A stretch of DNA of 64,000 nt from an uncultured Phocaeicola sp. (GTDB lineage: Bacteria > Bacteroidota > Bacteroidia > Bacteroidales > Bacteroidaceae): assembly GCA_947626525.1 (NCBI GenBank), contig CANQSM010000004.1, positions 3,080 to 67,079 on the forward strand. Reading direction: 5' to 3'. Below are positions 47,358 through 56,714 of the stretch, piece by piece (the first letter of the stretch is position 1; each line of letters begins with the position of its first letter). The notes beneath the pieces are model-generated. The model was given only the letters and a program-made list of their open reading frames with translations. It did no database searches and was not told the origin of the DNA. The position numbers were made by a program, and so were the translations under genes.

Positions 47358-49010
47358 TTAATATTTGAAACTGCTTCCTCCCAAAAACTCTCGAAGGAGT
47401 GAGGTCGGTGGCAAGTCTCTGTCATGAACCGGTAAAAAGTATTGCAGGAACTTCCGCAGGCGGTAAGCCTCAGAGTATGCTGGAGAGCATTGTGGCACTT
47501 GATTCAGAATGGGTTCCGCATAGCTTTTCAATACAGAAAGCTCGAACAACAGGGCGGAGTTGAACATGGCGTCGGCATTTTCCTGATAAGGAAATATCCA
47601 TTTGTCTTCTCCGGTGCGTACGCTTGGCCAGCGGCGTATGGTGTCTTCCGCTGAGTAGCTCCGATATTTGTAGTCGCGGATGATACGCCGTAACAGGCGG
47701 TTGTCCGTAGTGGGAATATAATTATGGTTGTCCAGCATGATGGTCGTCAGGGCCGATACATATACTTTGTATTTGTTCTCGGCCGGGATGTGTGGCGTTA
47801 ATTCGGGATTCAAGGCATGGATTCCTTCTAAGATAAGCACCATATTGTTGTCGATACGCAGGTAATCTCCTTTGAATTCTCTTTTTCCGGTATTGAAATT
47901 GAAGCGCGGAAGCTCTACTGTCTCCCCTTTCAGTAGGGCAGCAAGCTGCTGGTTGAAGAAATCCAGATCGAGCGCATACAAGGATTCATAGTCATACTCT
48001 CCCTTCTCGTCGAGCGGAGTATGCTCTCTGTCTACGAAATAGTTGTCCAGCGATATCGGATACGGGTGTAGGCCGTTTGTCATCAGTTGGATGGAAAGCC
48101 GTTTGCTGAAGGTCGTTTTTCCTGAAGAGGACGGGCCGGAGATAAGAATCAGCTTAACGTTGCCACGGTCATGTATTTCATCGGCTATCCGGGCTATCTT
48201 TTTTTCCTGAAGAGCCTCTGAGACATTGATCAGGTCGGTGGCATGCCCATGTTGTATCACTTCATTGAAATCGCCTACCGTACTTACTCTCATGATTTCC
48301 TGCCAATGGAGATGTTCTTTGAAAACATCCAACATTTTCTCCTGTTTCACCATCTCTTCCAAAGTCTCGGGATGTTCACGGTTGGGGATACGCAACAGGA
48401 TACCGTCGTAGTATTTGACAATGTCGAACAGTTTCACATATCCGGTGCTGGGCAGGAGACTTCCGTAATAATAATCTATGGAATCGCCCAGTGTATAATA
48501 AAAGGTATAAATGTTCCCGGTGGTTTGAAGCAGTTTTACCTTGTCATGCATCCCTTTCCGGTTGAACAGTTTCACGGCTTCTTCCGTATGGCATTCCACC
48601 CGATGGAAGGGAAGATCCTCTTCTACGATCTCTTTCATGCGTTGCCTTATCTGCGCTACGTCGTCCAGCGTTACCGGACGACCGATACGGAGGCTGCAAT
48701 AATATCCTTTAGAAACCGGATGTTGCAATAATATCTCTCCTTTAGGATACAGCTCTTCGACAACCTTGCATAAGATGAAGCAGAGAGAGCGTACATACGT
48801 GCGCATGCCGGAGGGGGAGAGGATATCGAGAAACTCTACGTCTTTATTGCTAAAGGCCTTGTAAGTGAGGCCTTCTACTTTATTGTTTACTTTGGCGCTT
48901 ACTGGACCGTAGGGCATTTCTAATTTAAAACCTTTATAAATATCCAAAAGAGAACTTCCTTCGGGAAATTCCTTTGATAGATTCATATTTTTACAATATA
49001 TTTGTAGCAT
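47358..49010 (-). CDS. nucleoside kinase (TGS-like N-terminal domain plus uridine kinase/PRK-type domain)
   Basis: 550 aa with P-loop ISGPSSSGKTT in the C-terminal half. Confidence 0.8.
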   Translation of the reverse strand: MLQIYCKNMNLSKEFPEGSSLLDIYKGFKLEMPYGPVSAKVNNKVEGLTYKAFSNKDVEFLDILSPSGMRTYVRSLCFILCKVVEELYPKGEILLQHPVSKGYYCSLRIGRPVTLDDVAQIRQRMKEIVEEDLPFHRVECHTEEAVKLFNRKGMHDKVKLLQTTGNIYTFYYTLGDSIDYYYGSLLPSTGYVKLFDIVKYYDGILLRIPNREHPETLEEMVKQEKMLDVFKEHLHWQEIMRVSTVGDFNEVIQHGHATDLINVSEALQEKKIARIADEIHDRGNVKLILISGPSSSGKTTFSKRLSIQLMTNGLHPYPISLDNYFVDREHTPLDEKGEYDYESLYALDLDFFNQQLAALLKGETVELPRFNFNTGKREFKGDYLRIDNNMVLILEGIHALNPELTPHIPAENKYKVYVSALTTIMLDNHNYIPTTDNRLLRRIIRDYKYRSYSAEDTIRRWPSVRTGEDKWIFPYQENADAMFNSALLFELSVLKSYAEPILNQVPQCSPAYSEAYRLRKFLQYFLPVHDRDLPPTSLLREFLGGSSFKY

Positions 49011-49103
49011 TTTTAAGTATATATTAAAATAAGACGTCTTATTCGGGCTGGTAATTTACATGATAAATGGTTAGCTGCCAATAAACGACAAAACTAATTA
49101 AAG

Positions 49104-50792
49104 ATGGAATATTCTTTTTATGATTTTTTAAAGTTACTTGGTTCCTTGGCGCTTTTCCTGTATGGGATGAAGATAATGAGTGAAGGACTTCAAAAGTTTG
49201 CCGGTGACAGATTGAGGAAGATCCTGACAGCCATGACGACCAATCGGATTACCGGAGTTCTGACAGGTGTACTTATCACGGCTTTAATCCAGTCCTCTTC
49301 CGCCACGACTGTCATGGTTGTCAGTTTTGTCAATGCCGGGCTCTTGACTTTGTCGCAGTCTATCGGAGTGATTATGGGAGCCAATATCGGTACGACGGTC
49401 ACAGCCTGGATTATATCGGCCCTCGGCTTTCAAGTGGACATCGCTACTTTTGCTCTTCCTCTTCTTGCCTTCGGCATTCCTCTCTTGTTCTCCCGAAAAA
49501 GTTTCCGTAAATCCATCGGTGAGTTCATATTTGGTTTTTCTTTCCTGTTCATGGGACTTTCGTTATTGAAAGCCAATGCGCCGGATTTGGGTGAGAACCC
49601 GGAGATGCTCTCTTTTGTCCAGAATTATACGGACATGGGGTATCTTTCCATCCTGTTGTTTGTTGCCATCGGTACGGTTTTGACTATGATTGTGCAGGCG
49701 TCGGCGGCTACTATGGCCATTACTTTGATAATGTGTGCCAATGGGTGGATCAGTTTCGAATTGGGGGCGGCTTTGGTGTTGGGCGAGAATATCGGGACGA
49801 CTATTACAGCCAATTTTGCGGCTCTGACTGGAAATGCGCAATCGAAGCGGGCGGCTTTGGCGCATCTGGTATTCAATGTGTTCGGAGTGATTTGGGTGCT
49901 GTGCCTGTTTACCCCTTTTACGGAAGGCATCTCTTGGTTTGTGGAGAACGTGATGAAGCCCGAGAGCGAAGATGTTTCGGTCCCGTATAAGTTATCGGCT
50001 TTCCATACGACTTTCAATATTTGTAATGTACTTATTCTTATTTGGTTTGTGCCGTTTATAGAAAAGACGGTTTGTGCCTTGATTCCTCAAAAGGAACAGG
50101 ATGAGGAGTATCGGTTGCGTTTTATCTCAGGCGGATTGTTGTCGACGGCCGAGCTTTCCATCGTACAAGCCCGTAAGGAAATCAATCTGTTTGCGAAGCG
50201 TAGCCACAAGATGTTTCATCTTGTGGATGAGCTGCTTCATACTAAAAATGAGAATGACTTTGCCAAGCTGTTCAGCCGCATAGAGAAATACGAGAACATC
50301 AGCGACAGCATGGAGGTGGAGATTGCCAATTATCTGAATATGGTATCTGATGGCCGTTTGAGCTCGGAGAGTAAGTTGCAGATTCGTTCCATGTTGCGTG
50401 AAGTGACCGAGATAGAGAGTATAGGGGACAGTTGCTATAATCTGGCTCGTACGATTAACCGGAAATTTAAGGGGAATATGGATTTTACCGGGAAGCAGTA
50501 TGAGCGTATTCGCCAGATGTTCCAATTTATAGATGACGCTTTCATACAGATGATAAAGGTGCTGGAAGATGACCGGCATAGCGTGGATGTGAACCAAACG
50601 TTCAATATTGAAAATGAAATCAACAACTACCGTAACCAGTTGAAGAATCAGAATATACTGGATGTGAACAATAAAGAATATGATTATCAAATGGGTGTAC
50701 ACTACATGGATATTATCGGCGAGTGCGAGAAACTGGGCGATTATGTGGTGAATGTGGTGGAAGCCTGTGCGGATATCAAAGAGAAGAAATAA
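49104..50792 (+). CDS. Na+/phosphate cotransporter family protein with a PhoU-like C-terminal domain
   Basis: 562 aa with duplicated Na_Pi_cotrans repeats (QSSSATT and GANIGTT-type motifs) and a helical cytoplasmic tail. Confidence 0.88.
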   Translation: MEYSFYDFLKLLGSLALFLYGMKIMSEGLQKFAGDRLRKILTAMTTNRITGVLTGVLITALIQSSSATTVMVVSFVNAGLLTLSQSIGVIMGANIGTTVTAWIISALGFQVDIATFALPLLAFGIPLLFSRKSFRKSIGEFIFGFSFLFMGLSLLKANAPDLGENPEMLSFVQNYTDMGYLSILLFVAIGTVLTMIVQASAATMAITLIMCANGWISFELGAALVLGENIGTTITANFAALTGNAQSKRAALAHLVFNVFGVIWVLCLFTPFTEGISWFVENVMKPESEDVSVPYKLSAFHTTFNICNVLILIWFVPFIEKTVCALIPQKEQDEEYRLRFISGGLLSTAELSIVQARKEINLFAKRSHKMFHLVDELLHTKNENDFAKLFSRIEKYENISDSMEVEIANYLNMVSDGRLSSESKLQIRSMLREVTEIESIGDSCYNLARTINRKFKGNMDFTGKQYERIRQMFQFIDDAFIQMIKVLEDDRHSVDVNQTFNIENEINNYRNQLKNQNILDVNNKEYDYQMGVHYMDIIGECEKLGDYVVNVVEACADIKEKK

Positions 50793-51039
50793 ATATAGTC
50801 TGTATATAAAATCAGCCGGCCGATTCATACTCAAGGCATTATGAATCAGCCGGTTTCTTGTATCTTCAGGCATCCCCCCCCCCTCACGTTTTCACGTTGC
50901 CCCTTGATAAGATTTACCTACTTGTCTGGCTCCTTGGATCACAAGTAGCTTGCGGTACGGACTGTTTTACCAACGCTTTAAATCATTGAGGAAAGTTCTC
51001 AGAAGTGAGCTCTCAAAGGAGAAAGCCGCCAGACTTGAT

Positions 51040-51204
51040 TTATTCTTTTACTTCCTCGAAATCTTCTTTTCCGACTCCACAAAGAGGACAAACCCAGTCT
51101 TCGGGAAGATCTTCAAATGCTGTGCCTGCCGGAATACCGCCATCCGGATCGCCTACGGCAGGGTCGTAAATCCAGTCGCATACTGTGCAAACATACTTTT
51201 TCAT
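51040..51204 (-). CDS. rubredoxin
   Basis: Hand translation gives [54 protein letters not shown] (54 aa), with the two CxxC pairs and the DWVCP motif. It is absent from the ORF track because it is shorter than 60 aa. Confidence 0.9.
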   Translation of the reverse strand: MKKYVCTVCDWIYDPAVGDPDGGIPAGTAFEDLPEDWVCPLCGVGKEDFEEVKE

Positions 51205-51319
51205 AATCTAATCGTTTTTTTTATTGTTAGTGGTTATTGATATATAACAATCCTCTTTTCGGATTGTTCTGCAAAAATGCTGTTTTTTGTTATATGACAA
51301 TGGCTTACTGCCATTGCTC

Positions 51320-52033
51320 TCACTTTTCTCCTGCTTCCTTTATTATAAGCTCTTTCAAGATTTCCATTCCTTCCGAAGCTCCTTTTTGAATGACGTGTAC
51401 CGGATGGGCGGAATTGACTCGCACTTCTTTCGGGTCGATGAGGTAGACGGCCGCTTCTTGAGGCGCATAGTGCAATAAGCCTGCTGCGGGATATACGTTC
51501 AGGGATGTTCCTATGATGACGAAGATATCGGCCTGTTGCACGTATTGGATGGCTGTTTCGATTTCGGGAACGGCTTCTCCGAACCAGACGATAAACGGAC
51601 GAAGCTGTGAGCCGTCCTGAGCTTTATCGCCTATTTTCACTTCGAAATCTTCCGGCTTCAGCTCTTTGATGTATTTCGGGTTGTTCGGATCGTAACTGGA
51701 GGTTACTTTGGTCAGTTCTCCGTGCAGGTGGATGATGTGTTTGCTTCCTGCCCGCTCGTGCAGGTTATCTACATTCTGGGTGACAACCGTCACGTCGAAG
51801 TATTGTTCCAGCTCCGCTACTATTTCATGGGCCCTGTTGGGTCGCACCGTGAGAAGCTTTTTGCGAAGCCCGTTGTAAAAGCGGGTTACCAGTTCCGGAT
51901 TGGCCGCATACCCTTCCGGAGTAGCCACTTGTTCTACCGGATATTTGTCCCACAAACCTCCCGCGTCGCGAAAAGTACTGATTCCACTTTCGGCACTGAT
52001 ACCGGCACCGGATAAAACAACTAATTTTTTCAT
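51320..52033 (-). CDS. cobB: NAD-dependent protein deacylase (Sir2 family)
   Basis: Start at MKKLVVLSGAGISAESGISTFRD, with the QNVDNLHE and HGEL motifs. The upstream in-frame extension in the ORF track is unlikely to be translated. Confidence 0.88.
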   Translation of the reverse strand: MKKLVVLSGAGISAESGISTFRDAGGLWDKYPVEQVATPEGYAANPELVTRFYNGLRKKLLTVRPNRAHEIVAELEQYFDVTVVTQNVDNLHERAGSKHIIHLHGELTKVTSSYDPNNPKYIKELKPEDFEVKIGDKAQDGSQLRPFIVWFGEAVPEIETAIQYVQQADIFVIIGTSLNVYPAAGLLHYAPQEAAVYLIDPKEVRVNSAHPVHVIQKGASEGMEILKELIIKEAGEK

Positions 52034-52203
52034 ATACCTTTTTAATTTCAACTTTGTCCTTATGTCTTCTTTTTGGCCGCGACGGTCTCTTTGCGGCAAA
52101 CGTCATGGCGGAAAAACAAGCATAAAAGGCAACACATTAGTTTTTGAATTACAAAATTAATAAAAAATAAATGGTTTGAAACTATTTATCTCAATAAAAA
52201 ACT

Positions 52204-52211
52204 TACCTTTG
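52204..52211 (+). promoter_or_regulatory. -7 box TAccTTTG upstream of the FKBP gene pair
   Basis: Exact TAnnTTTG match about 90 nt upstream of the ATG. Confidence 0.4.
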
Positions 52212-52298
52212 CAGCGCTTTTGTAAAGACCTGAATCTGAAAGATTAAACAAAAGCGGTAAAATAACAGTTGTATGACTGTCTAACTATAGTAATTTGA

Positions 52299-52889
52299 AT
52301 GAGCATGGATAAATTCAGTTATTCTATTGGCTTGGGAATAGGTCAGAACTTGTTGGGTATGGGTGCCCGTCATTTGAATGTGGAGGATTTCGCGCAGGCC
52401 ATTAAAGATGTGTTGGAGGGAAATCCCACAGTCCTGTCACACACTGAAGCCCGGGGAATTGTGAATGAATATTTCGAGAAGCTGGAAGCCCGGGTGAATG
52501 CCGAGAATATGGAAAAAGGCAAAAGATTCCTGGAAGAAAACAAAGGAAAGGAAAATATCGTGACGCTTCCCAGCGGATTACAATATGAGGTGATAAAAGA
52601 GGGCAATGGCAAAAAACCGAAAGCTACCGATCGTGTGAAGTGCCATTATGAGGGCACGTTGATTGACGGGACCCTGTTCGACAGCTCGGTGAAACGTGGC
52701 GAGCCGGCTGTATTCGGGGTGAATCAGGTGATTGCCGGATGGGTGGAAGCCTTGCAGCTGATGAGTGAAGGCGCTAAATGGAGATTGTTTGTTCCATCGG
52801 ACTTGGCTTATGGCGCCAATGGGGCCGGAGAGATGATTCCGCCTCACAGCACGCTGATTTTTGAAGTGGAATTGATTGAAGTTTTATAA
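52299..52889 (+). CDS. FKBP-type peptidyl-prolyl cis-trans isomerase
   Basis: 196 aa with a Mip-type N-terminal helix and the FKBP core (HYEGTLIDGTLFDSS...VIAGWVEAL). Confidence 0.88.
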   Translation: MSMDKFSYSIGLGIGQNLLGMGARHLNVEDFAQAIKDVLEGNPTVLSHTEARGIVNEYFEKLEARVNAENMEKGKRFLEENKGKENIVTLPSGLQYEVIKEGNGKKPKATDRVKCHYEGTLIDGTLFDSSVKRGEPAVFGVNQVIAGWVEALQLMSEGAKWRLFVPSDLAYGANGAGEMIPPHSTLIFEVELIEVL

Positions 52890-52908
52890 AATATAATTTT
52901 AATTGCAA

Positions 52909-53805
52909 ATGAAAAAGTTTAGTATTTTTATGATGATTGCTGCGGCTGCGGGAGTCGTATCTTGTACAGCCCAGTCTCCTAAGGCGGATTTGAAGACCGA
53001 CTTGGATTCATTGTCTTATGCGTTGGGTATGACTCAGACTGACGGTCTGAGACCGTATTTGGTAAACAGGGTAGGAATGGATACTACCTATATGGCCGAT
53101 TTCATTAGAGGTTTGAACGAAGGCGCTCAGGCTGGAGACAATAAGAAAAAAGCGGCTTACTATGCGGGTATTCAGATTGGCCAGCAAGTGGCTAACCAAA
53201 TGCTGAAAGGCATTAACTATGAACTTTTCGGTCAGGATTCTACCAAGACGATTGATTTTGACAACTATTTGGCCGGTTTTATTGCCGGAACCTTGGAGAA
53301 AGGTGGCTTGATGGGCGCTACGGAAGCGCGGACTTATGCTAACGTCCATATGGAAGCTATGAAGGAAAAGATGCTGGAAGAGAAATATGCGGATAACAAG
53401 GCGGCCGGAGAAAAGTTCCTTGCTGAAAACAAGACAAAGGAGGGTGTGAAGACTACGCCGAGCGGTTTGCAGTACAAGGTGTTGGTAGAGGGGACAGGTG
53501 CCATACCTGCCGATTCGTCCAGAGTGCAGGTGAATTATACCGGAAAGTTGATTGACGGTACGAAGTTTGGCAGCTCGTATGACCGGAAAGACAAAGATGG
53601 CAAGTCTCAGCCGGCTACTTTTGGTGTAAAGCAGGTGATTAAGGGATGGACGGAAGCGCTTACCATGATGCCTGTCGGTTCAAAATGGGAAATTTATATT
53701 CCGCAGGATTTGGCTTACGGCTCAAAGGAAGCCGGAAAGATTAAACCTTTCTCTGCCTTGGTATTTGAAGTGGAACTGGTAGGAATAGAAGAGAAGAAGA
53801 AATAG
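52909..53805 (+). CDS. FKBP-type peptidyl-prolyl cis-trans isomerase, lipoprotein (Mip-like)
   Basis: Start at MKKFSIFMM with lipobox VVSC and the FKBP core (NYTGKLIDGTKFGSS...VIKGWTEAL). Confidence 0.88.
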   Translation: MKKFSIFMMIAAAAGVVSCTAQSPKADLKTDLDSLSYALGMTQTDGLRPYLVNRVGMDTTYMADFIRGLNEGAQAGDNKKKAAYYAGIQIGQQVANQMLKGINYELFGQDSTKTIDFDNYLAGFIAGTLEKGGLMGATEARTYANVHMEAMKEKMLEEKYADNKAAGEKFLAENKTKEGVKTTPSGLQYKVLVEGTGAIPADSSRVQVNYTGKLIDGTKFGSSYDRKDKDGKSQPATFGVKQVIKGWTEALTMMPVGSKWEIYIPQDLAYGSKEAGKIKPFSALVFEVELVGIEEKKK

Positions 53806-54018
53806 TTCCGATTATCGGCTTGTTACAAATTCACGCGGCATGACGCAGATGAAATCTCTCGTTATTCTGCGTGAATTTGTGTTTTTCTGACATTTAGATA
53901 AAGAATACCGGACTTCTCTGTGCCTCTTTTTTATTTAAATAACCTTAACTTGCCAACACGGATTGTAGTTTTGCCCTAATTTAATGAACAAAAAATTAGG
54001 AAAAGATAAAATAATGCC

Positions 54019-54026
54019 TATCTTTG
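54019..54026 (+). promoter_or_regulatory. -7 box TAtcTTTG upstream of the Lrp/AsnC gene
   Basis: Exact TAnnTTTG match about 40 nt upstream of the ATG. Confidence 0.5.
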
Positions 54027-54067
54027 CCTGACAAAATGATAAAATTTAATCTAATATCATTCAGCAA

Positions 54068-54529
54068 ATGGAAAAGATAGACAACTTAGACAAAAAGATT
54101 CTGGAGATTATCTCACAGAATGCACGTATTCCCTTTAAAGATGTAGCGGCAGAATGCGGAGTTTCCCGCGCGGCTATCCATCAGCGTGTCCAACGCCTTA
54201 TCGATATGGGTGTGATTGTGGGTTCAGGGTATCATGTCAATCCGAAAAGTTTGGGTTACAGTACTTGTACGTATGTGGGGATTAAGCTTGAGAAGGGATC
54301 TATGTATAAAAATGCGGTGAAAGAACTGATGAAGATTCCTGAAATTATCGAATGTCACTTTACTACAGGCCCGTACACGATGCTTACTAAATTGTATGCG
54401 CGTGACAATGAGCATTTGATGGAGCTTTTGAACAGTAAAATGCAGGAAATTCCCGGTGTAACGGCTACCGAAACCTTGATTTCTCTGGAACAAAGTATAA
54501 AGAAAGAGATTCCTATCAGTAATAAATAA
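54068..54529 (+). CDS. Lrp/AsnC-family transcriptional regulator
   Basis: 153 aa with an N-terminal HTH (LDKKILEIISQNARIPFKDVAAECGVSRAAIHQRVQRL) and a RAM-type C-terminal domain. Confidence 0.9.
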   Translation: MEKIDNLDKKILEIISQNARIPFKDVAAECGVSRAAIHQRVQRLIDMGVIVGSGYHVNPKSLGYSTCTYVGIKLEKGSMYKNAVKELMKIPEIIECHFTTGPYTMLTKLYARDNEHLMELLNSKMQEIPGVTATETLISLEQSIKKEIPISNK

Positions 54530-54537
54530 GGTATACG

Positions 54538-54849
54538 ATGGATTTTTTCAACGGACTTTATTGCTCCGGACTGATTATCGGCATTTGTACCTTTTTGATT
54601 ATCGGATTGTTTCATCCGGTAGTGGTGAAATGTGAATATTATTTCGGAACGGGATGCTGGTGGATTTTTTTGTTGTTGGGCATCATAGCCGCGGGTTGTT
54701 CCCTGTTGGTCAGTCATGTCCTGTGGTCGTCTTTATTGGGAGTATTCGCGTTCTCTTCCTTTTGGACTATCAAGGAACTTTTTGAACAGGAGGAACGCGT
54801 GCGTAAAGGCTGGTTCCCTAAGAATCCCAGGCGTACATATAAGTTTTGA
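54538..54849 (+). CDS. small three-helix membrane protein (DUF4491-like)
   Basis: 103 aa and hydrophobic, 8 nt after the Lrp gene. The family name is from memory. Confidence 0.6.
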   Translation: MDFFNGLYCSGLIIGICTFLIIGLFHPVVVKCEYYFGTGCWWIFLLLGIIAAGCSLLVSHVLWSSLLGVFAFSSFWTIKELFEQEERVRKGWFPKNPRRTYKF

Positions 54850-54861
54850 TGAGACATACTT

Positions 54862-56646
54862 ATGTTGAGAAATTCCTATTTTGATATACAGAAAGGATAT
54901 GAGGAGATAAATGACTCTTATCCCGGATATAAAAAACAGCCCGTCATTGGAGTGACTGCCAACTTCAGTGACGGGAATTCTTGTTTGGCCGACGGCTATT
55001 GTGCCTCTGTCCTGAAAGCGGGCGGGGTGCCGTTCATCATTCCTCCTTATGAAGAGAGGGACGCTTTGCTTAATACATTGGACCATTTGGATGGAATCCT
55101 TTTGACGGGTGGGGGAGACATCAATCCGCTGTTTATGGGGGAGGAGCCGGTGAATGAGCTTCATTCCATCAATTATCGCCGTGACAGGCAGGAGCTGCTG
55201 CTTACCCGTTTGGCGGCGGACAGGCAAATTCCGGTTCTGGGAATCTGCCGGGGCATTCAAATCATGATGGCGGCATTGGGCGGTACGCTTTATCAGGATA
55301 TATATTCCCAGGTGGAAACCAAGTTGATAAAACATGACCAGGATTTGGACAGGAGCTTTCCTTCCCATACGGTTACCCTCGGGACCGATTCTCTCTTATA
55401 CAAGATCTTCAAGTCAGAACGGTTCGTGGTTAACTCCTTTCACCACCAGGCTGTCAGGGAACCTGCTCCCGGTTTCCGGGTTTGCGCGCGGGCGGCGGAT
55501 GGCATAGTGGAAGCGGTGGAATCTGTGGAATACAAATCCATGATAGGGGTACAGTGGCATCCCGAATGCATGATATTGCGGGGCGATGAAAGCATGTTGC
55601 CCCTTTTTTCGTGGCTTGTTCGTGAGGCGGAGTCATTTGCGGAAGCCAAGGCGTTGCATGAACGTGTCCTGACGTTGGATTCCCATTGTGATACGCCGAT
55701 GTTTTTCGACCAGTCTATCCGGTTCCATACACGTGACCCGAAAATCCTGGTGGACCTTCATAAAATGCGGGAAGGCCGGTTGGACGCTACGGTTATGGTG
55801 GCTTATCTGAAGCAGCAGGAACGGACGGAAGATGCTTTGTTGGCTGCGACGGCCAAGGCGGATCGTTTGTTGAATGAGATAGAGGAGATGGTGTGTGCCA
55901 ACTGCCCGTATGTGGATATAGCTTATACGCCGGGAGATTTGTTGAAGCTGAAAGGAGAAGGAAAGAAGGCTGTCATGCTGGGTATTGAGAACGGCTATGC
56001 CATAGGCCGGGATATAGGAAATGTGGAACGCTTTCGGCGTAGGGGAGTCGTGTATATGACGCTTTGCCATAATGGCGATAATGATATTTGCGATTCGGCC
56101 CGTGGTGAGAGTGAACACGGCGGGTTGAGCGATTTCGGCAGGGAGGTGGTAAGAGAGATGAACCGTACAGGAATGATTGTGGATTTGTCCCATGCCTCTG
56201 AAAAAACCTTTTATGATACCTTGGAAGAAAGTGCTGTTCCGGTTGTATGCTCTCATTCGTCTTGCAGGGCACTGTGTGATCATCCCCGTAATCTGACAGA
56301 CGAACAGATGAAGGAGCTGGCTCGTCGGGGTGGAGTGATGCAGGTCTGTCTGTACGGTGGCTTTCTCAGGAAGGATGCCCCGGCGACGATTCTGGATGCG
56401 GTGGAGCATTTGAACCACATGGTCAACATGATGGGAATCGATCACGTGGGCATCGGTACGGACTTTGATGGAGATGGGGGCATTTGCGGATGTGCCTCCG
56501 CTTCCGAACTTATAAACTTTACCCGCCGTTTATTGTCCGAACGCTATTCGGAGTCGGATATTCGGAAAATCTGGGGCAGGAACTTCCTTCGTGTGATGGA
56601 AGAAGTACAGAAAAGGGGAGACGTGAGGTTTGCGGAAAGAGTATGA
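54862..56646 (+). CDS. fusion protein: class I glutamine amidotransferase / peptidase C26 (gamma-glutamyl hydrolase-like) plus M19 membrane-type dipeptidase
   Basis: The N-terminal half has GICRGIQ (nucleophile elbow) and WHPE. The C-terminal half has the renal-dipeptidase-type motifs HCDTP, DLSH, CSHSS and GTDFDG. Confidence 0.85.
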   Translation: MLRNSYFDIQKGYEEINDSYPGYKKQPVIGVTANFSDGNSCLADGYCASVLKAGGVPFIIPPYEERDALLNTLDHLDGILLTGGGDINPLFMGEEPVNELHSINYRRDRQELLLTRLAADRQIPVLGICRGIQIMMAALGGTLYQDIYSQVETKLIKHDQDLDRSFPSHTVTLGTDSLLYKIFKSERFVVNSFHHQAVREPAPGFRVCARAADGIVEAVESVEYKSMIGVQWHPECMILRGDESMLPLFSWLVREAESFAEAKALHERVLTLDSHCDTPMFFDQSIRFHTRDPKILVDLHKMREGRLDATVMVAYLKQQERTEDALLAATAKADRLLNEIEEMVCANCPYVDIAYTPGDLLKLKGEGKKAVMLGIENGYAIGRDIGNVERFRRRGVVYMTLCHNGDNDICDSARGESEHGGLSDFGREVVREMNRTGMIVDLSHASEKTFYDTLEESAVPVVCSHSSCRALCDHPRNLTDEQMKELARRGGVMQVCLYGGFLRKDAPATILDAVEHLNHMVNMMGIDHVGIGTDFDGDGGICGCASASELINFTRRLLSERYSESDIRKIWGRNFLRVMEEVQKRGDVRFAERV

Positions 56647-56714
56647 CACAGGGGGATGCGATCCGGACATCGCCGGTCGGCGGGATACGGAAGCGAATGA
56701 ATAAATAAAGGAGA

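Noticed and set aside
50874-50883. C10 homopolymer tract
   Set aside because: It lies between the convergent 3' ends of the Na/Pi transporter and rubredoxin genes, so it cannot easily affect a promoter or a reading frame. I note it as a likely sequencing-error hot spot, not a regulatory site. The same reasoning applies to the C7 run at 12666-12672.
54733-56445. 211-aa and 270-aa minus-strand ORFs
   Set aside because: They are antisense to the C26-M19 fusion gene, with Arg/His-rich shadow-frame composition.
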